This document shows positions 1 through 12,465 of a DNA stretch of 38,030 nt, piece by piece (position 1 is the first letter of the stretch; every line of letters begins with the position of its first letter). The position numbers and the translations under genes are program-made. This DNA comes from Octopus bimaculoides (lineage: Eukaryota), in NCBI RefSeq assembly GCF_001194135.2, contig NC_068988.1, positions 68,388,945-68,426,974 on the forward strand, in the 5' to 3' direction. The notes below the pieces were generated by a model. It saw nothing but the letters and a program-made list of their open reading frames with translations, had not been told where the DNA came from and did not search any database.

Positions 1-31
<31 letters not shown>

Positions 32-70
32 AGCATGCACATGTGTGCATGGGCATGTGAGTGTGTGTGT
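1..70. repeat. (TA)n and (TG)n microsatellites
   Basis: Directly visible dinucleotide tracts. Confidence 0.95.
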
Positions 71-3000
71 ATGCATACCCATTTATTATAGGAATGCACC
101 AATACACAACGAGTTATTAATAACACCAATACGAAAATATATCCATGTTATAACATCAGTGAATTAGAAACTGTATTTTCATGTCTAAAATAGTGCCAAT
201 TTCACTTCAAATGTTTCCGAAATCACTTAATGGAAATATATTTAAATAGAAATGTGTGCGCTAGCTGATGTTCAGGAATTCGAATGTACTAAAAGCGAAC
301 ACTTTTAATAGTTGCATGTAGAAGATATTTACCAAAGATATTTCTGAGTTCCGTTACTAAGCAATTTGAAAACCGATCTGTCTGAAGAATTAACCCTGAT
401 CTACCAAATAACCGATTTCTTTGTGTTCTATGTATTTCTGCCATTTAATCCACAAACGTACAACTACATCTGAGTGTGTTTAACCTGATGAAATCAAATC
501 CATTAAAGTAGGATCAATAATTCCAGACTCAAACAAACTTTTTCGCCTTTTCCTTATTCTAGTTTAGCTAGAGATCGATGTGATGGAGAGAAATTACATG
601 AGAATAGGTTAAGCTATCATTTGTATTACACCTAATACTTGCAAACATTTGGTCTTACCAACTCAGTTTCAGATTGCCTGCAAAGCAGAATAAATGCTTT
701 TCTCCCTCACCTATTTAAAATCACTTAGACAGCATGGCAGTGAAACATGATACCTAGAGATATTTCTGAAATGAATATTCAAACAACTCTCGCAATTCCC
801 TCGGACACCCAACCTCATCAAACATGTGTCATATCTGGATAACTTAAGAAGCATATAGTTGTTCATAATATATTATTGCTTAACGATGTCATTTTTAAAT
901 TCCTTAATTTTATTATTACAAGTCTTGAAAATTTTACGAAGCAGAAAGAAAGAAGACCCCTACAAATTTAATCTTTATGATGATGATTTAGTTGTAAATT
1001 AAGAATGAAACATTAATTTCTATATTCTCGAATTTAGCAAGTATATAATGCTATGGGCAATTAGCTGATTACTATTTGATATTGCCGCAATAATGTTACA
1101 ACTATTTGATACCTATTACACATCTGTCACATTACACAAGTACGTTATACGTAAAATGTTTAGACTTATATTATTGTGTAGCATGAATTTATGTGATTTG
1201 TTGGTGGTGTAGGAGATTTGTAACCTAACCGAGTATTGATTATATTAGTTATTTTATGTGGTTATCGTTGTATATTAAATTGTATTGTGTCGAAAAGTTT
1301 GCTAGTTGTGTTGTTGATATGAGAGGGAATTGTATAAAATGCGAATTTGAGTGATATGTGTCGAGTTGTGAATCCTGTTAGCGTCCCTATGTATATGTTC
1401 ATGCTTTTCCTTATCATATATAATGCAACAATTATTATTCGTACAGGTTTATTTTTACATGCCACATTTTTTTCAATTTTTAGATCTTTCTCGGCATTAT
1501 CCCGACCCATATCACTGTTCAACATTCGTATCATCAACGTTCGATAGATACTTAAAACAAATTAGCCTCAGTTTTCATATCAGAATGTCATCAGTATATT
1601 TCTCAAATGGCAATAGTTACCGATTCAGTTTAGTTAATATCTGAGGATATATTCTAATATTCAAAAAAAAAAAAAAAAACTAGATTCGGACATAATATAG
1701 ACACTTTATAGCGTGGGATAAAATGACTTGGATATTCACGTACGTAAGACTTAAGCATTTACTCTTTAAGACCGACGCTCAGTTATTTTTGATCGTATAT
1801 TCCTTTTATACCAAATATACTTAATAATATCCAAATGTTAATAGTGCTATTTTTGCTTTCAATCTACATTTGATGCTTATTTCAATTTCAAGACTTTTGT
1901 GCATTGAAAATGTATTTCGCTAAAGAATGAGAAAGTTTTCTCTGAATTTCTATATAGTAAGAATAGAACAATGTTACGTTCAAATTGGCTAAGAAAATCA
2001 CTATTATGTTAAATGCAAATTGTGAATGTCCTTTCCTAAATGGTTATTTATGACTCCGATTATTACAATTGCATATGGCATATTAGAAACATTTTGTAAC
2101 TGCTTTAATCTATATAACTTTTTAATATTTGACATTTAGCCTTGAACAATAGATGGTACTGTATATGTAATATTCAATTTCTTTTTTCTTCTCAGTACCA
2201 AATCAAACATTTCTCAGAGAAGAGGTAAATGGAAAGATTTCTAATTATGTTTGTTGTTTAGAAACAAATCAATTTTCAAAGAGCGGTTTCAGGGTTGAAG
2301 GTGTTAGAGATATATTTTCTAATGAATACTTTTTTTAAGAGTTGACAGAGATTTGGTTTTTATTTCTCAATGGCAAAACCAACACATAAATGCTTTTTAT
2401 TAATGTGTATTTTGTTAGCTCCATGAAGACATGGACTACGCCTTGAGTAGTAGGTATTCTATAAGAATCTATACCTAGCAGTTATAGCTGACAGATTATT
2501 TTCTTCTGGTATTGGTACCACTGTCATTAGTTCTTTCACTTTCACTTTCACTTCGCTTGTGTGTGTTTCTGCATGTGTGTGTGTTGTAACCTATTAAAAT
2601 GATTGTAAATAAACTGCCATTGAGAATATTTCTGATAACTGAAAGTTGCAAAGATGTACAACATGGTGCCTTCCCAATGTATATTCTTTCCTCTGGGTGC
2701 CTACTTAAATCTGCAGATATAAATGAAATGATGAATCAAATTGATTACTGAATAAAACTTATAGAATTTCTTTCCACTCTTCTCCTCGTTATTCGTCACA
2801 CTGGGGTTAAGTCAATCGACCAAACCCATGCTGCTTACAAAAGGTTCTTTAGATAAGCACTTCCTACGAAAGAAAGTAATAAGATTCCGGAAAAAATACC
2901 AACATCAAGAGTGCTCATGCATATCTAACGATTAATTGATTGTTTTGTCTAAGATAAGACAACCAGACATGACCAATGTGAAATATCCTTTAGAAAATCA

Positions 3001-3775
3001 TTTAATAAGCAGAGGTAAACAATGAGACGAAACGTGAGCTGAAATAATAGCTGTTTTCTTTCTTCATTGTTATGAGAAACACATTTCATGAGAAGTTTAT
3101 AGCATAAAGCTGAGTAACCTTTGTAGAACAGAAAGGTTACGTCAGAGTAATTGAAAAGGGAACTATAACTATGAAAGAAAACGAGTTTTGAATAATTCAA
3201 GATGCTCATGGAGAAATGTAGCCCTGCATTCACGTTGGGAATTGTATCTTTAATATATTATTTGTTTCAATTTTTCTTTAAAGAATTTATATTCAAAGCT
3301 AAGAACAGGCTGAAATGGAGTGTGGCAAAGTTACGGTCAGTTTCATTAAATGATATTTAGATAATACAGTTTATTAGTCTCATTTGCGAATATTATAGAT
3401 AAATGAAAATTATCAAAACAGTATTACAAAGATTCGCAATGTATTTCATTGAAGTTTCACTAGTAATTGCATAATGTATTGGACTAGGTTGTGTCTAAAA
3501 TCCAGCCATGCTAACAAGAGAATCGTTCGGAAATTGAAGAACTATTTTGTGAACAAACACTGAAAAATTATCAAAGTAATGATTTTATGAAGAAAGTAAC
3601 ACAAATCACCAGCAAAATGTAGTAATATATGATTGAATGCATCGATTTGCAATTCCTAATATCCGCATTGATCGGGATGTGGGTCTTACTTATCGGTAAA
3701 TTGTTTCTTTTATCTGTCAGTGTAAAATGACATCTAACAGCGTTTCTCTATATATATGTATATATATATATATAT

Positions 3776-4174
3776 NNNNNNNNNNNNNNNNNNNNNNNNN
3801 NNNNNNNNNNNNNNNNNNNNNNNNNNNNNNNNNNNNNNNNNNNNNNNNNNNNNNNNNNNNNNNNNNNNNNNNNNNNNNNNNNNNNNNNNNNNNNNNNNNN
3901 NNNNNNNNNNNNNNNNNNNNNNNNNNNNNNNNNNNNNNNNNNNNNNNNNNNNNNNNNNNNNNNNNNNNNNNNNNNNNNNNNNNNNNNNNNNNNNNNNNNN
4001 NNNNNNNNNNNNNNNNNNNNNNNNNNNNNNNNNNNNNNNNNNNNNNNNNNNNNNNNNNNNNNNNNNNNNNNNNNNNNNNNNNNNNNNNNNNNNNNNNNNN
4101 NNNNNNNNNNNNNNNNNNNNNNNNNNNNNNNNNNNNNNNNNNNNNNNNNNNNNNNNNNNNNNNNNNNNNNNNNN
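3776..4174. other. Assembly gap flanked by (TA)n
   Basis: Run of N with TA repeats on both sides. Confidence 0.99.
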
Positions 4175-4302
4175 ATATATACATAATGCATATATATAGA
4201 TATATTTAGTTAATGTTTGAAAATGGAGAGATTCGATGGATATATATTAATTTATTAATTATTTAACGTTGCCTACAGTTGTTTTACTTCACACACAATC
4301 TT

Positions 4303-4306
<4 letters not shown>

Positions 4307-4353
<47 letters not shown>

Positions 4354-4362
4354 GCGTGTGTG
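4307..4362. repeat. (TA)n/(TG)n microsatellite
   Basis: Directly visible. Confidence 0.95.
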
Positions 4363-4364
4363 TA

Positions 4365-5340
4365 AGCTAACTCCCACTAAGTCATACGCCTTCTATTTCT
4401 TTATAACTCTTACTTCTATCTTATGTCATACCTCATATCTATCTACCGTACCTCACCACACTATAAGATAAATATTTATCCTTAATTTATTTGAAGTCTT
4501 GCCCCCAAAACACCCCTAACATAAACCCCTAACTCTATCTCCCACTCATATATAACTCAATATTCAACTAGCTTTTCCTTTCTCGACCACCTACGCACAC
4601 ACAGCCCAATTGCTAAAAATAACTCTACAGCCACTGACCTTACCCAGGACGGTTACAAGAAATTACTACCAAATTTCTGCCCCAACTACTTTAGACTCTG
4701 AAACTTCCAGACATCTACTACTCTCTTTAAATTCCTTTCATTTCGCTCTATTTTTAACCCTATTTTTTACCCTATCTTCCTCAACCTCCTCATTCTCTCT
4801 TATCTTCTCAGCTACCCCATGCACTTATCTTTAGATACCATACACATATACTATTACTTTATCATGTAGCGAATCCTTAAAACACCCACTACCTCATTCT
4901 ATCCACCCCTCTTTCTATTTCTTATCTTTTCTGTACTTTTACCAATTAGAAGCCACATCTGCTACCTTTCTGTTATTGAACATTGACATGTTTGCGTCTT
5001 TTCCTTGGGATCTCTGCTATATAAGGACTAAAACCCACATGAATATGCGCAGGATTGCACTTAAAGACTTACACTTATGGATATACGCAGGATGTTACCT
5101 AAGGGCTCATGCTTTTGTTTCTAAAATTTCGGAAAGTTGAACTATGAACGTTTATGCCTCTTTTTTTTTTCTCTCTTTCCATTTCCTTATTCTTTTACTC
5201 CTTTACTCTATGCTATCATCTCATTTTCCATATTTCCCCCAATTTTTCTTTGACGACGGAATATCCCATACTCGACGATATTCCAGAAACAGCTGTAAGA
5301 TTTTGAATATCTTCCTGTAATAATATTGTATATGAATTGA
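4365..5340 (+). mobile_element. Degenerate Penelope-like retroelement (PLE) remnant, tentative
   Basis: C-rich, G-poor plus strand. ORF 4610-4834 contains RHLLLSLNSFHF, reminiscent of the PLE RT motif LVLTLNxFxF. IRRMLPKG near 5090 resembles the PLE C-terminal TLxPxGLN. A hammerhead-like motif of the kind found in PLE terminal repeats follows at 5241-5300. Motif matches are by eye only. Confidence 0.4.
5241..5300 (+). ncRNA. Minimal type I hammerhead-ribozyme-like motif, degenerate
   Basis: tTGACGA (5250-5256; core CUGANGA with C3 to U), perfect 8-bp stem II ggaatatc/gatattcc (5258-5265/5277-5284), GAAA (5286-5289), palindromic C-AGCT-G helix III, GUA cleavage triplet (5295-5297) and short stem I tct/aga. 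Confidence 0.55.
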
Positions 5341-5383
5341 GATGTTTGCCTTGCCTTAATGTTTGACGTCCTGCTTAACAATT

Positions 5384-5384
<1 letters not shown>

Positions 5385-5428
<44 letters not shown>
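5385..5428. repeat. (GATA)n microsatellite
   Basis: Directly visible. Confidence 0.97.
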
Positions 5429-5429
<1 letters not shown>

Positions 5430-5545
5430 TATTTTAGCTTCGAATTGTTGCGAAATAAAATGCGTTTTGTTATTTTGTAAGTTGGTATAAATAATAAGTA
5501 CATAATATGTATGCATATATAAGTTATGTGTAAGGGTGACTTATA

Positions 5546-5875
5546 TTCTTCTTCTTCTTCATATTCTTCTTCTTCTTCTTCTTCTTCTTCTTCTTCTTCT
5601 TCTTCTTCTTCTTCTTCTTCTTCTTCTTCTTCTTCTTCTTCTTCTTCTTTTTCTTCTTCTTATTATTACTTTTATCATTTTTATTAGTAGTAGTGGTGGT
5701 GGTGGTGGTGTTAGTGGTGGTGTTAGTGGTGGTGGTAGTTGTAGTAGTAGCAGCAGCAGTAGTAGCAGCAGCAGCAGTAGAAGCAGCAGTAGCAGCGGCA
5801 GCAGCAACAGCAGCAGCAGTAGTAGTAGTAGTAGTAGTAGTAGCAGTAGTAGTAGTATTAGTAGTAATAGTAGTA
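5546..5875. repeat. Compound trinucleotide microsatellite (CTT)n-(ATT)-(AGT/GGT)-(AGC)-(AGT)n
   Basis: Directly visible; accounts for the poly-L, poly-S, poly-R and poly-V ORFs. Confidence 0.97.
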
Positions 5876-6008
5876 AGGTGCCCTAAGATGTTTGAAAATC
5901 ATAAAAGGAAGCTCGACGCATTTGTGTAGTTTTATATTTCGAAGCTTACATCTTTCAGGATGTTTCTTCCTCAGAACGGCATATGCATAAATATTAGTCA
6001 CATCCACT

Positions 6009-6258
6009 NNNNNNNNNNNNNNNNNNNNNNNNNNNNNNNNNNNNNNNNNNNNNNNNNNNNNNNNNNNNNNNNNNNNNNNNNNNNNNNNNNNNNNNNNNNN
6101 NNNNNNNNNNNNNNNNNNNNNNNNNNNNNNNNNNNNNNNNNNNNNNNNNNNNNNNNNNNNNNNNNNNNNNNNNNNNNNNNNNNNNNNNNNNNNNNNNNNN
6201 NNNNNNNNNNNNNNNNNNNNNNNNNNNNNNNNNNNNNNNNNNNNNNNNNNNNNNNNNN
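6009..6258. other. Assembly gap
   Basis: Run of N. Confidence 0.99.
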
Positions 6259-7682
6259 ATATATATATATACATATATGTGTGTGTGTGTGTGTCTGTGT
6301 GCATATGTGTACGAGTGTGTGAACATTAGGTATTAGTAAATGTCTCTGCGAGTCGGTGTATGTTTGTTGAATAAAAAGTGAATAAGTGTCCTTGTTCGAA
6401 ACTGAAATTTTACTGTAAAATATTTCATTAAATACTGTTCAAGTTGTCAACGAAATTTCAGTTAGCAACAGTTTGCTCATAAAGCTACTCACTTATAAAT
6501 TTCAACTTATGTAGTTAAGTTTTATATAAAGTGACATCTTAAATTGATACTAATTTCATTGAAACTATTTTGTCGAATTTATTTATCAAATTTGCAAAAC
6601 TCTTAGCTGCATTTAATTTTCGACAAAAATATTAATAAAGTATGTCTTTTTTTCACACAAATTGCATCTGACAACTCTAACCATCTATCTTGAAAATTAT
6701 GAATTTGATTCATATGTGAAATCCTGTGAATCATCCTTCCTGCATATGAATTTCACTGAATACCACATTTGTCTGTTTATCTGTTAACAGTGATTGCTAT
6801 TAAAAATTGCAAGTCGAAATTCCAAACCGATATAATTACGTCAGCAATAGACCTAAGCAGATGTCATAAAGTTTCTGGATCATTTTAGAATATATGCTGC
6901 ACTGCATTGCTTCAACCACTGAAAATTTATAATTACTGAAATATTAACTAAATTTGTAATTTATGTCAGATCTTAAATGCGGTTAATGTTTGTAGTAGTT
7001 CTAGTATCGTTTTATTACCTTCACCGAATTTATATATTAATTAAGCGTAAATGTTCTAGCAAAATATGCTTTCAAAAGATATTCAACTTTATAAATTTAT
7101 TTCACAATCAATTGTATCCAATGTTATGTGGAAACGACTGGATGGGTTATAGGTCATTTTCCCCCCTAGAATCAAAGGTGTGGTGACCCAAGAAAAAATA
7201 TTTATTTATTTACAGTTTTAGTCAGAAGGATATTGCTAATGTTTAGTTTGAGCATATGTAAATCTATAGCAGCAGAAAACGTGCGTGGAACGGGACTTCC
7301 AGGAGGTGTAGCCATATTAGAGAGGGAATATTTGGATTAGATTATTAGTAGGAGAATGTAAACAGTCAAAACTTCATAGATGGATTCTTTTCTAGGCTAA
7401 TTAAAAATAATATATTGAAGGGAAAGAAAGCATTAACCTCGCGCGTAAGCTAATATATATTGCATTGGGCTGGGGTTAGAGTTACGGTTTGATTTTGACA
7501 TTTGAATTTTAACCTATATCAGATTGCAACTAAAAAGTAATATTTCCCAAAAGAGATCAAACTGCTGTTAATAGTTTCACTTACTATTTTGTAATATATA
7601 TATTTTGCTAGATTTAGAAAATAAATATCATTCATCTCATAGTGAAAAAATTCACTACAAAAAGAACACTCTCAAATAGAGC

Positions 7683-7790
7683 GGTTTGTAGTTGTTGTTG
7701 ATGTTGCTTCTGTTATTGTTCTGTTGCTGCCACTGTCGACGTCGTCGTCGTTGTTGTCGGTGGTGATGGTGTTGTCGATTTTGTTCATAT
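7683..7790. repeat. Degenerate (GTT/GTC/GGT)n trinucleotide tract
   Basis: gttgttgttgatgttg...gtcgtcgtcgttgttgtcggtggtgatggt. Confidence 0.8.
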
Positions 7791-9639
7791 TTTTATTTCT
7801 TCGGTAATGATGACGTATGATTATCGATTCCAGCCGTGAAAAATGGACTGCTTTTGGTTAAGGCTTGCTATAGTAGAAAATTTATCATTATAATGTCATT
7901 TCAGTTTTAAGCCGTGAGGACGTAATATTTCTGAGTTTGGTCGCTATTTCTGCGAGGTCACGCGGCAACGTACAACTTCACATCATTAACTCGATATGAA
8001 GTATGAGTAAATAATTGCTCTAAGTGCAGGATATATCGCCATAGGCCCACTTAATATTTTTACGAGTTGTTGAATTTCCCTGAAAAAAAGAAAAAAAAAA
8101 CAAAGAACTAAATCAACTTATTTCTTTTGCATGATTTAAATGCCCTGTTAATCTTGGCAGTTCTCCTAAAGTACTATGATATCCGGAAGATACTGAATGC
8201 AATAATTGCTGAAGTTGCAATTAGACGTGCTTTAAGGAAATCAAATTAAATGTGAAATAAACTGACTCAATTTGATATCGCTGCTAAAATCAATGCTGCA
8301 TTTGTTTTTTTGGGGGTTTTTTTGGGTTTTTTTTTTTGTTATTGGGTATTCAACTACAGATAATGATTAAATACCTACTAGAAACATTCTTCTGGTTATG
8401 GCTTCTCGGGTATATCCTAGATAAACATAAAAATTGAGTTTATGCATACATTCATATGCCTACATAGAAGTATACATATATGCATACATAGTCATCAGTC
8501 TTATGGGTTGATAGATACAAAGTACAGCTTGTTTTTAATATTCGACTAACGTGAAGCCATCGGCTTCCAGAGAGAAAATATTATATTCGAAAACGAGTTT
8601 ATATAATTATATAAGTAAAAAAAGGTTAGAAATTAGATACTCCATATTATGTATAATGACCTTTTTATTCAGGGTTATTTTGAAGTGTAGTGTTTTGTGA
8701 TTATAACATCCAACATTTTTCACCGACTTTTCATTGCATTTGAAATGATTATGTTACGTGTTTTACTTCACAGGAAAGATAGAATAATAGTTATCTATCG
8801 TTAATGTTTTAGTTTTATTTTCGTTCGAGTTCAACACAACCTTGCATGTTGAAGAAATATTTGAAAATTCAGTTATCTATTATGCATCGATTGATAAAGT
8901 GGTATTTATAGCAGTCTATATATAGATTATTCGTGTTCGATCCTTGCAAACTGATTACATCATGCATGCACTAGTGATACACATTAACAAGAAAATTGTC
9001 TTTACTGATGTGGTAGGAGTTTTACTATCATGACAATATTTTTAGATATTTGTGTTTGAAGAATAGCTTTTTGCCCCAAGTAATATTGTTTGATGCATTT
9101 TTTTCTGGAATGTGTTAAAATTTAATCTTTAGTATTATCCTCCCATAATCTCTTATATAAAAATAAAACATTTATTAGTAGTAAATAATCTATCCATCCA
9201 ATGAAAATATGCTAATATTTATATCTTTCTTTCAATCCGAATAGATATTTATTACAATGAACATTTGGTCGTAAAAAATGTTCAAAGACACAAATTATAT
9301 GTTTTTATCAAATTATTCAAAAACAAAATAAATGAATAAATAGCACCCGACAATATGACTTTCAAAATGTCCAATTGCATGTTATTCCGTTCAAGCCACG
9401 AGATTGACTGGCAAAAGAAATAAGACAATCTAAAAGCTTTTTTCTATAAGTACCTTTCAATTTTTACCGAAATATAAAAATTAGGTTTAGCCACAATTTT
9501 ATTAACCACCAGACTGAATATATTTTGAAACATATGAATATACATTAAGCATAATCAGCCTTTCTTCTGTAAGAACTAAGACTGAAATCTTGGAGGGAGC
9601 GGAGTGTCAAGCACATTGGTCTAAGGGCTAACCTATTTT

Positions 9640-9757
9640 TAAAAATTATTATATCAACTTTGAATTGATAAAAAGCAAAGCTGACCAAGGCGGTATTTCT
9701 GCTCAAAAAGTAAACCAGTTGCCCAACTTCCTAACGATTCTGTTAGCTAGCTGCCTT
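9640..9757 (-). mobile_element. Old, internally deleted tRNA-derived SINE (family A)
   Basis: gcaaagctgaccaaggcggtatt...ctaacgattctgttagctagctgcctt aligns by eye to the minus-strand copy at 11625-11847, with about 20 nt missing. Confidence 0.7.
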
Positions 9758-10345
9758 AAGCATAGAGTACTGATAAAATGCATTTATGTACATGTATCTC
9801 ATCTGCAGTTTTATTTTTCTCATATCCCCCTCCCCACTTTTTTTTCGTTCGCTTCTCCTTGTATATCGATAGTCTGAATTCAGCATATATTTCAGTGGAT
9901 CACCGTAGAGGTATTTCCACTATTTAGCCATGATACATTTTCTCACTTTTATATAAGGTATTTTGGTTCGTTTCCCTTATGCGTTCTAATCACTTAATAT
10001 CAAATACCTATTGGTTTACTGATGTCGATATCAAGGCTTCATGGGAATCTGTTTCTCCAACACCGGCTGAAAGGAAAAACTCACACAGAAGGATGCTAAG
10101 GTTCTGGAAAGTTTAATATAACTTAAATACGGATATATTTTCTTCGTATGTATATATTAAAGATGCTTTTCCCAATTTACTTCACGGAGTTATGTACCAT
10201 ACGGGCAACTGGATTTTAATTGGTTGTTAAGAGCACCCACTGAATGTATATCTCGATATACTTTGATTAGAGTGGTTAAATGGGATACATGAGGTTCGAG
10301 TGTATGTGTCTGTTTGCCATACTCACAAATACAGCTACAAAAATG

Positions 10346-10460
10346 TACAGATGCGCACACACGCACACACGCACACACACGCACACACACACGCACACAC
10401 ACGCACACACACACGCACACACACATACACACATACATACAGGTGCACGTGCACACAATC
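10346..10460. repeat. (CA)n/(CACG)n microsatellite
   Basis: Directly visible. Confidence 0.95.
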
Positions 10461-11017
10461 ACACATTAATATTCTTCTATATAGACAGAATGGTAGCCTT
10501 AGTTTTCGTATTAATAATGCATGACACCCCTTATAAATATGCATAATGTTTATGAGCGGAACGGGCTATTTAGAATTGACACAACTCTATTTAGCAAACA
10601 CAGATATCTGCTGTATCTCTATAATCTCCATTATGCATGAGAAGCTTGCCACAGAGAAATCGTTGACTTGTTAGTGACATGGTATCGTTATATCTATATA
10701 AATGTGTCTGAAGATTATGGCTGATACGCAAATTAGTTGTCTCATACATCAGTTAAATACTACGATTTGCTTTATAACGTCAAAACGTTCTCAGGTAATA
10801 TCTAAGAACAAAATTAACGCTACGAATTTTAAAGCAGCCTTTGTTTTTCTCAAAAGAGATTTTACTTCTTCGTGCAAGAGGATAGTAAAAGTCCTTTCTC
10901 TCTCGTTTAGGGGCTGCATCACTAATTTGTTGCCACTAAACTGATAGATAATATGGAGCACCATATGCTTTCTCCAAGCCATCCATATAAGAAACAAGAC
11001 TAATATAATGTAACATA

Positions 11018-11234
11018 ATACGACGGGGAGCTGGCAGAATGGTTAGCACCCCGGAAAAAAATGCTCAGCTGCATTTCGTCCGTCTTTACGTTCTGAGTTC
11101 AAATTCCGTCGAGATTGACATTACCTTTCGTATTTTCGAGATCGATAAAATAACTACCAGCTGAGTACAGGGATCGATATAATCGATTCACCCCATCCCC
11201 CGAACTTACTGGCCATGTGCCAAAATTTGAAACC
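11018..11234 (+). mobile_element. Full-length tRNA-derived SINE (family A) with 16-bp target-site duplication
   Basis: Pol III A-box TGGCAGAATGG (11032-11042) and B-box GTTCAAATTCC (11097-11107). Central ttacctttcgtattttcgagatcgataaaataactaccag resembles the MetaSINE-type central domain. TSD aatataatgtaacata at 11002-11017 and 11235-11250. Confidence 0.9.
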
Positions 11235-11624
11235 AATATAATGTAACATAGTGGATGATTAGAACTGTTTCGATTATTTTGGTCGATTTGAGAGTAACAA
11301 GGGATGAAGAATAACGACTAGGCTACAATAAGTTGGATATCTCTCAGTAATATAAAATGATTTTATAATTAATTAACCAGCCTTAAATTTTTAAAATATA
11401 ATCCTTACTATATTTTTGAGGTGTCCATTATACCATCTTTGCTGATCTTACTTTTTCCAGACATAAGAGAGAAATGTGTGACTAGTTTCGACTGGTTGTT
11501 GCCACTTTACTATGTATTCTTGTTAATTCTTCTGCGAGAAGTCGCTGAGAGATACACGTGAAAAATCAATGAGGAACGAGCTACAATTTTACTCATTTCC
11601 ACAACAATACATTCACAGGCAGTG

Positions 11625-11847
11625 TGTATCCTTGCCAACTCGAAGCAGAAGGCCCGAAAATGTTGGGGGGAAGGGGACCAGTCGATTAGATCGACTCCAG
11701 TGCGCAACTGGTACGTAATTTATCGACCTCGAGAGGATGGGAAGCAAAGTCGAACTCAGCGGTATTTGAACTCAGAACGTAGAGATAGACGAAATACCTT
11801 TAAGCATTTCGCCCGGCGTGCTAACGATTCTGCTAGCTCGCCGCCTT
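11625..11847 (-). mobile_element. Full-length tRNA-derived SINE (family A)
   Basis: Reverse complement begins aaggcggcgagctagcagaatcgttagcacgccgggcgaaatg...ctgagttcaaatacc and is collinear with 11018-11234. Confidence 0.9.
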
Positions 11848-12465
11848 GGCACTGAGTATTAAATAAGTAAACTATTGAAAATCGGTTCACGTGTTTGTAA
11901 ATGTGTTAGTGCGCTTCAATGTACAACATACATGCATATCGTCGTTAAATATAAGTGTAAATGAATGTGTAAATAACAGCGAAACATACCGATTGAATCA
12001 GACAGATTGATTAAAAGTGCCTATCGCATTTCTCTTTAACTTCAACAGTTATTTCGTAAGTAAGTAATTAAATAAATATAAAATTACGATAATCAAGATT
12101 GCTTTTAGAATGTGTAAGATGCACACATCCATATACCTCCATACGTATTTGAATTCTGCATCAGTGTGTTTCCGTATGTTGTAAAATGAAATGCTGCATA
12201 TTTACATAGGCTATATACTAACATCAATCAGGAGATAAATTCTCACTAAATGATGCTCAATTTTCATTGTTTATTGATTAGTCTTCAGTTATTTTCAAAC
12301 ATGATATGCCTATGGGTATAATTAATTGCACATATTATATGCATGCATAAACACATTCATACATACATACATACATACATACCGATATACATACACACCA
12401 CACACGCGCGCACGCATATATAATTGTGTGTTTGTGTGTGTGTGTGTGCGTGCGTGCGTGCGCGT

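Noticed and set aside
660-860. FLPHLFKIT*TAWQ*NMIPRD, faintly like the RTE RT N-terminus
   Set aside because: Similarity too weak and the downstream NYRGISL motif is absent.
1570-1600. Minus-strand CTGATGA...GAAA spacing
   Set aside because: No valid stem II or helix III.
1262-1644. Overlapping hydrophobic ORFs; the minus one loosely resembles a GPCR TM5-TM6 segment
   Set aside because: No diagnostic motif, stops in the adjacent frame, and hydrophobicity is expected from AT-rich codons.
3717-4209. Long ORFs spanning N-gaps (also 5858-6326, 13277-13600, 26593-27622, 34476-35468)
   Set aside because: Artefacts of translating N and microsatellites; only 27486-27584 is real coding remnant.
10005-10110. 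TDVDIKASWESVSPTPAERKNSHRRMLRFW, faintly mariner-like
   Set aside because: No flanking transposase motifs or TIRs; insufficient support.
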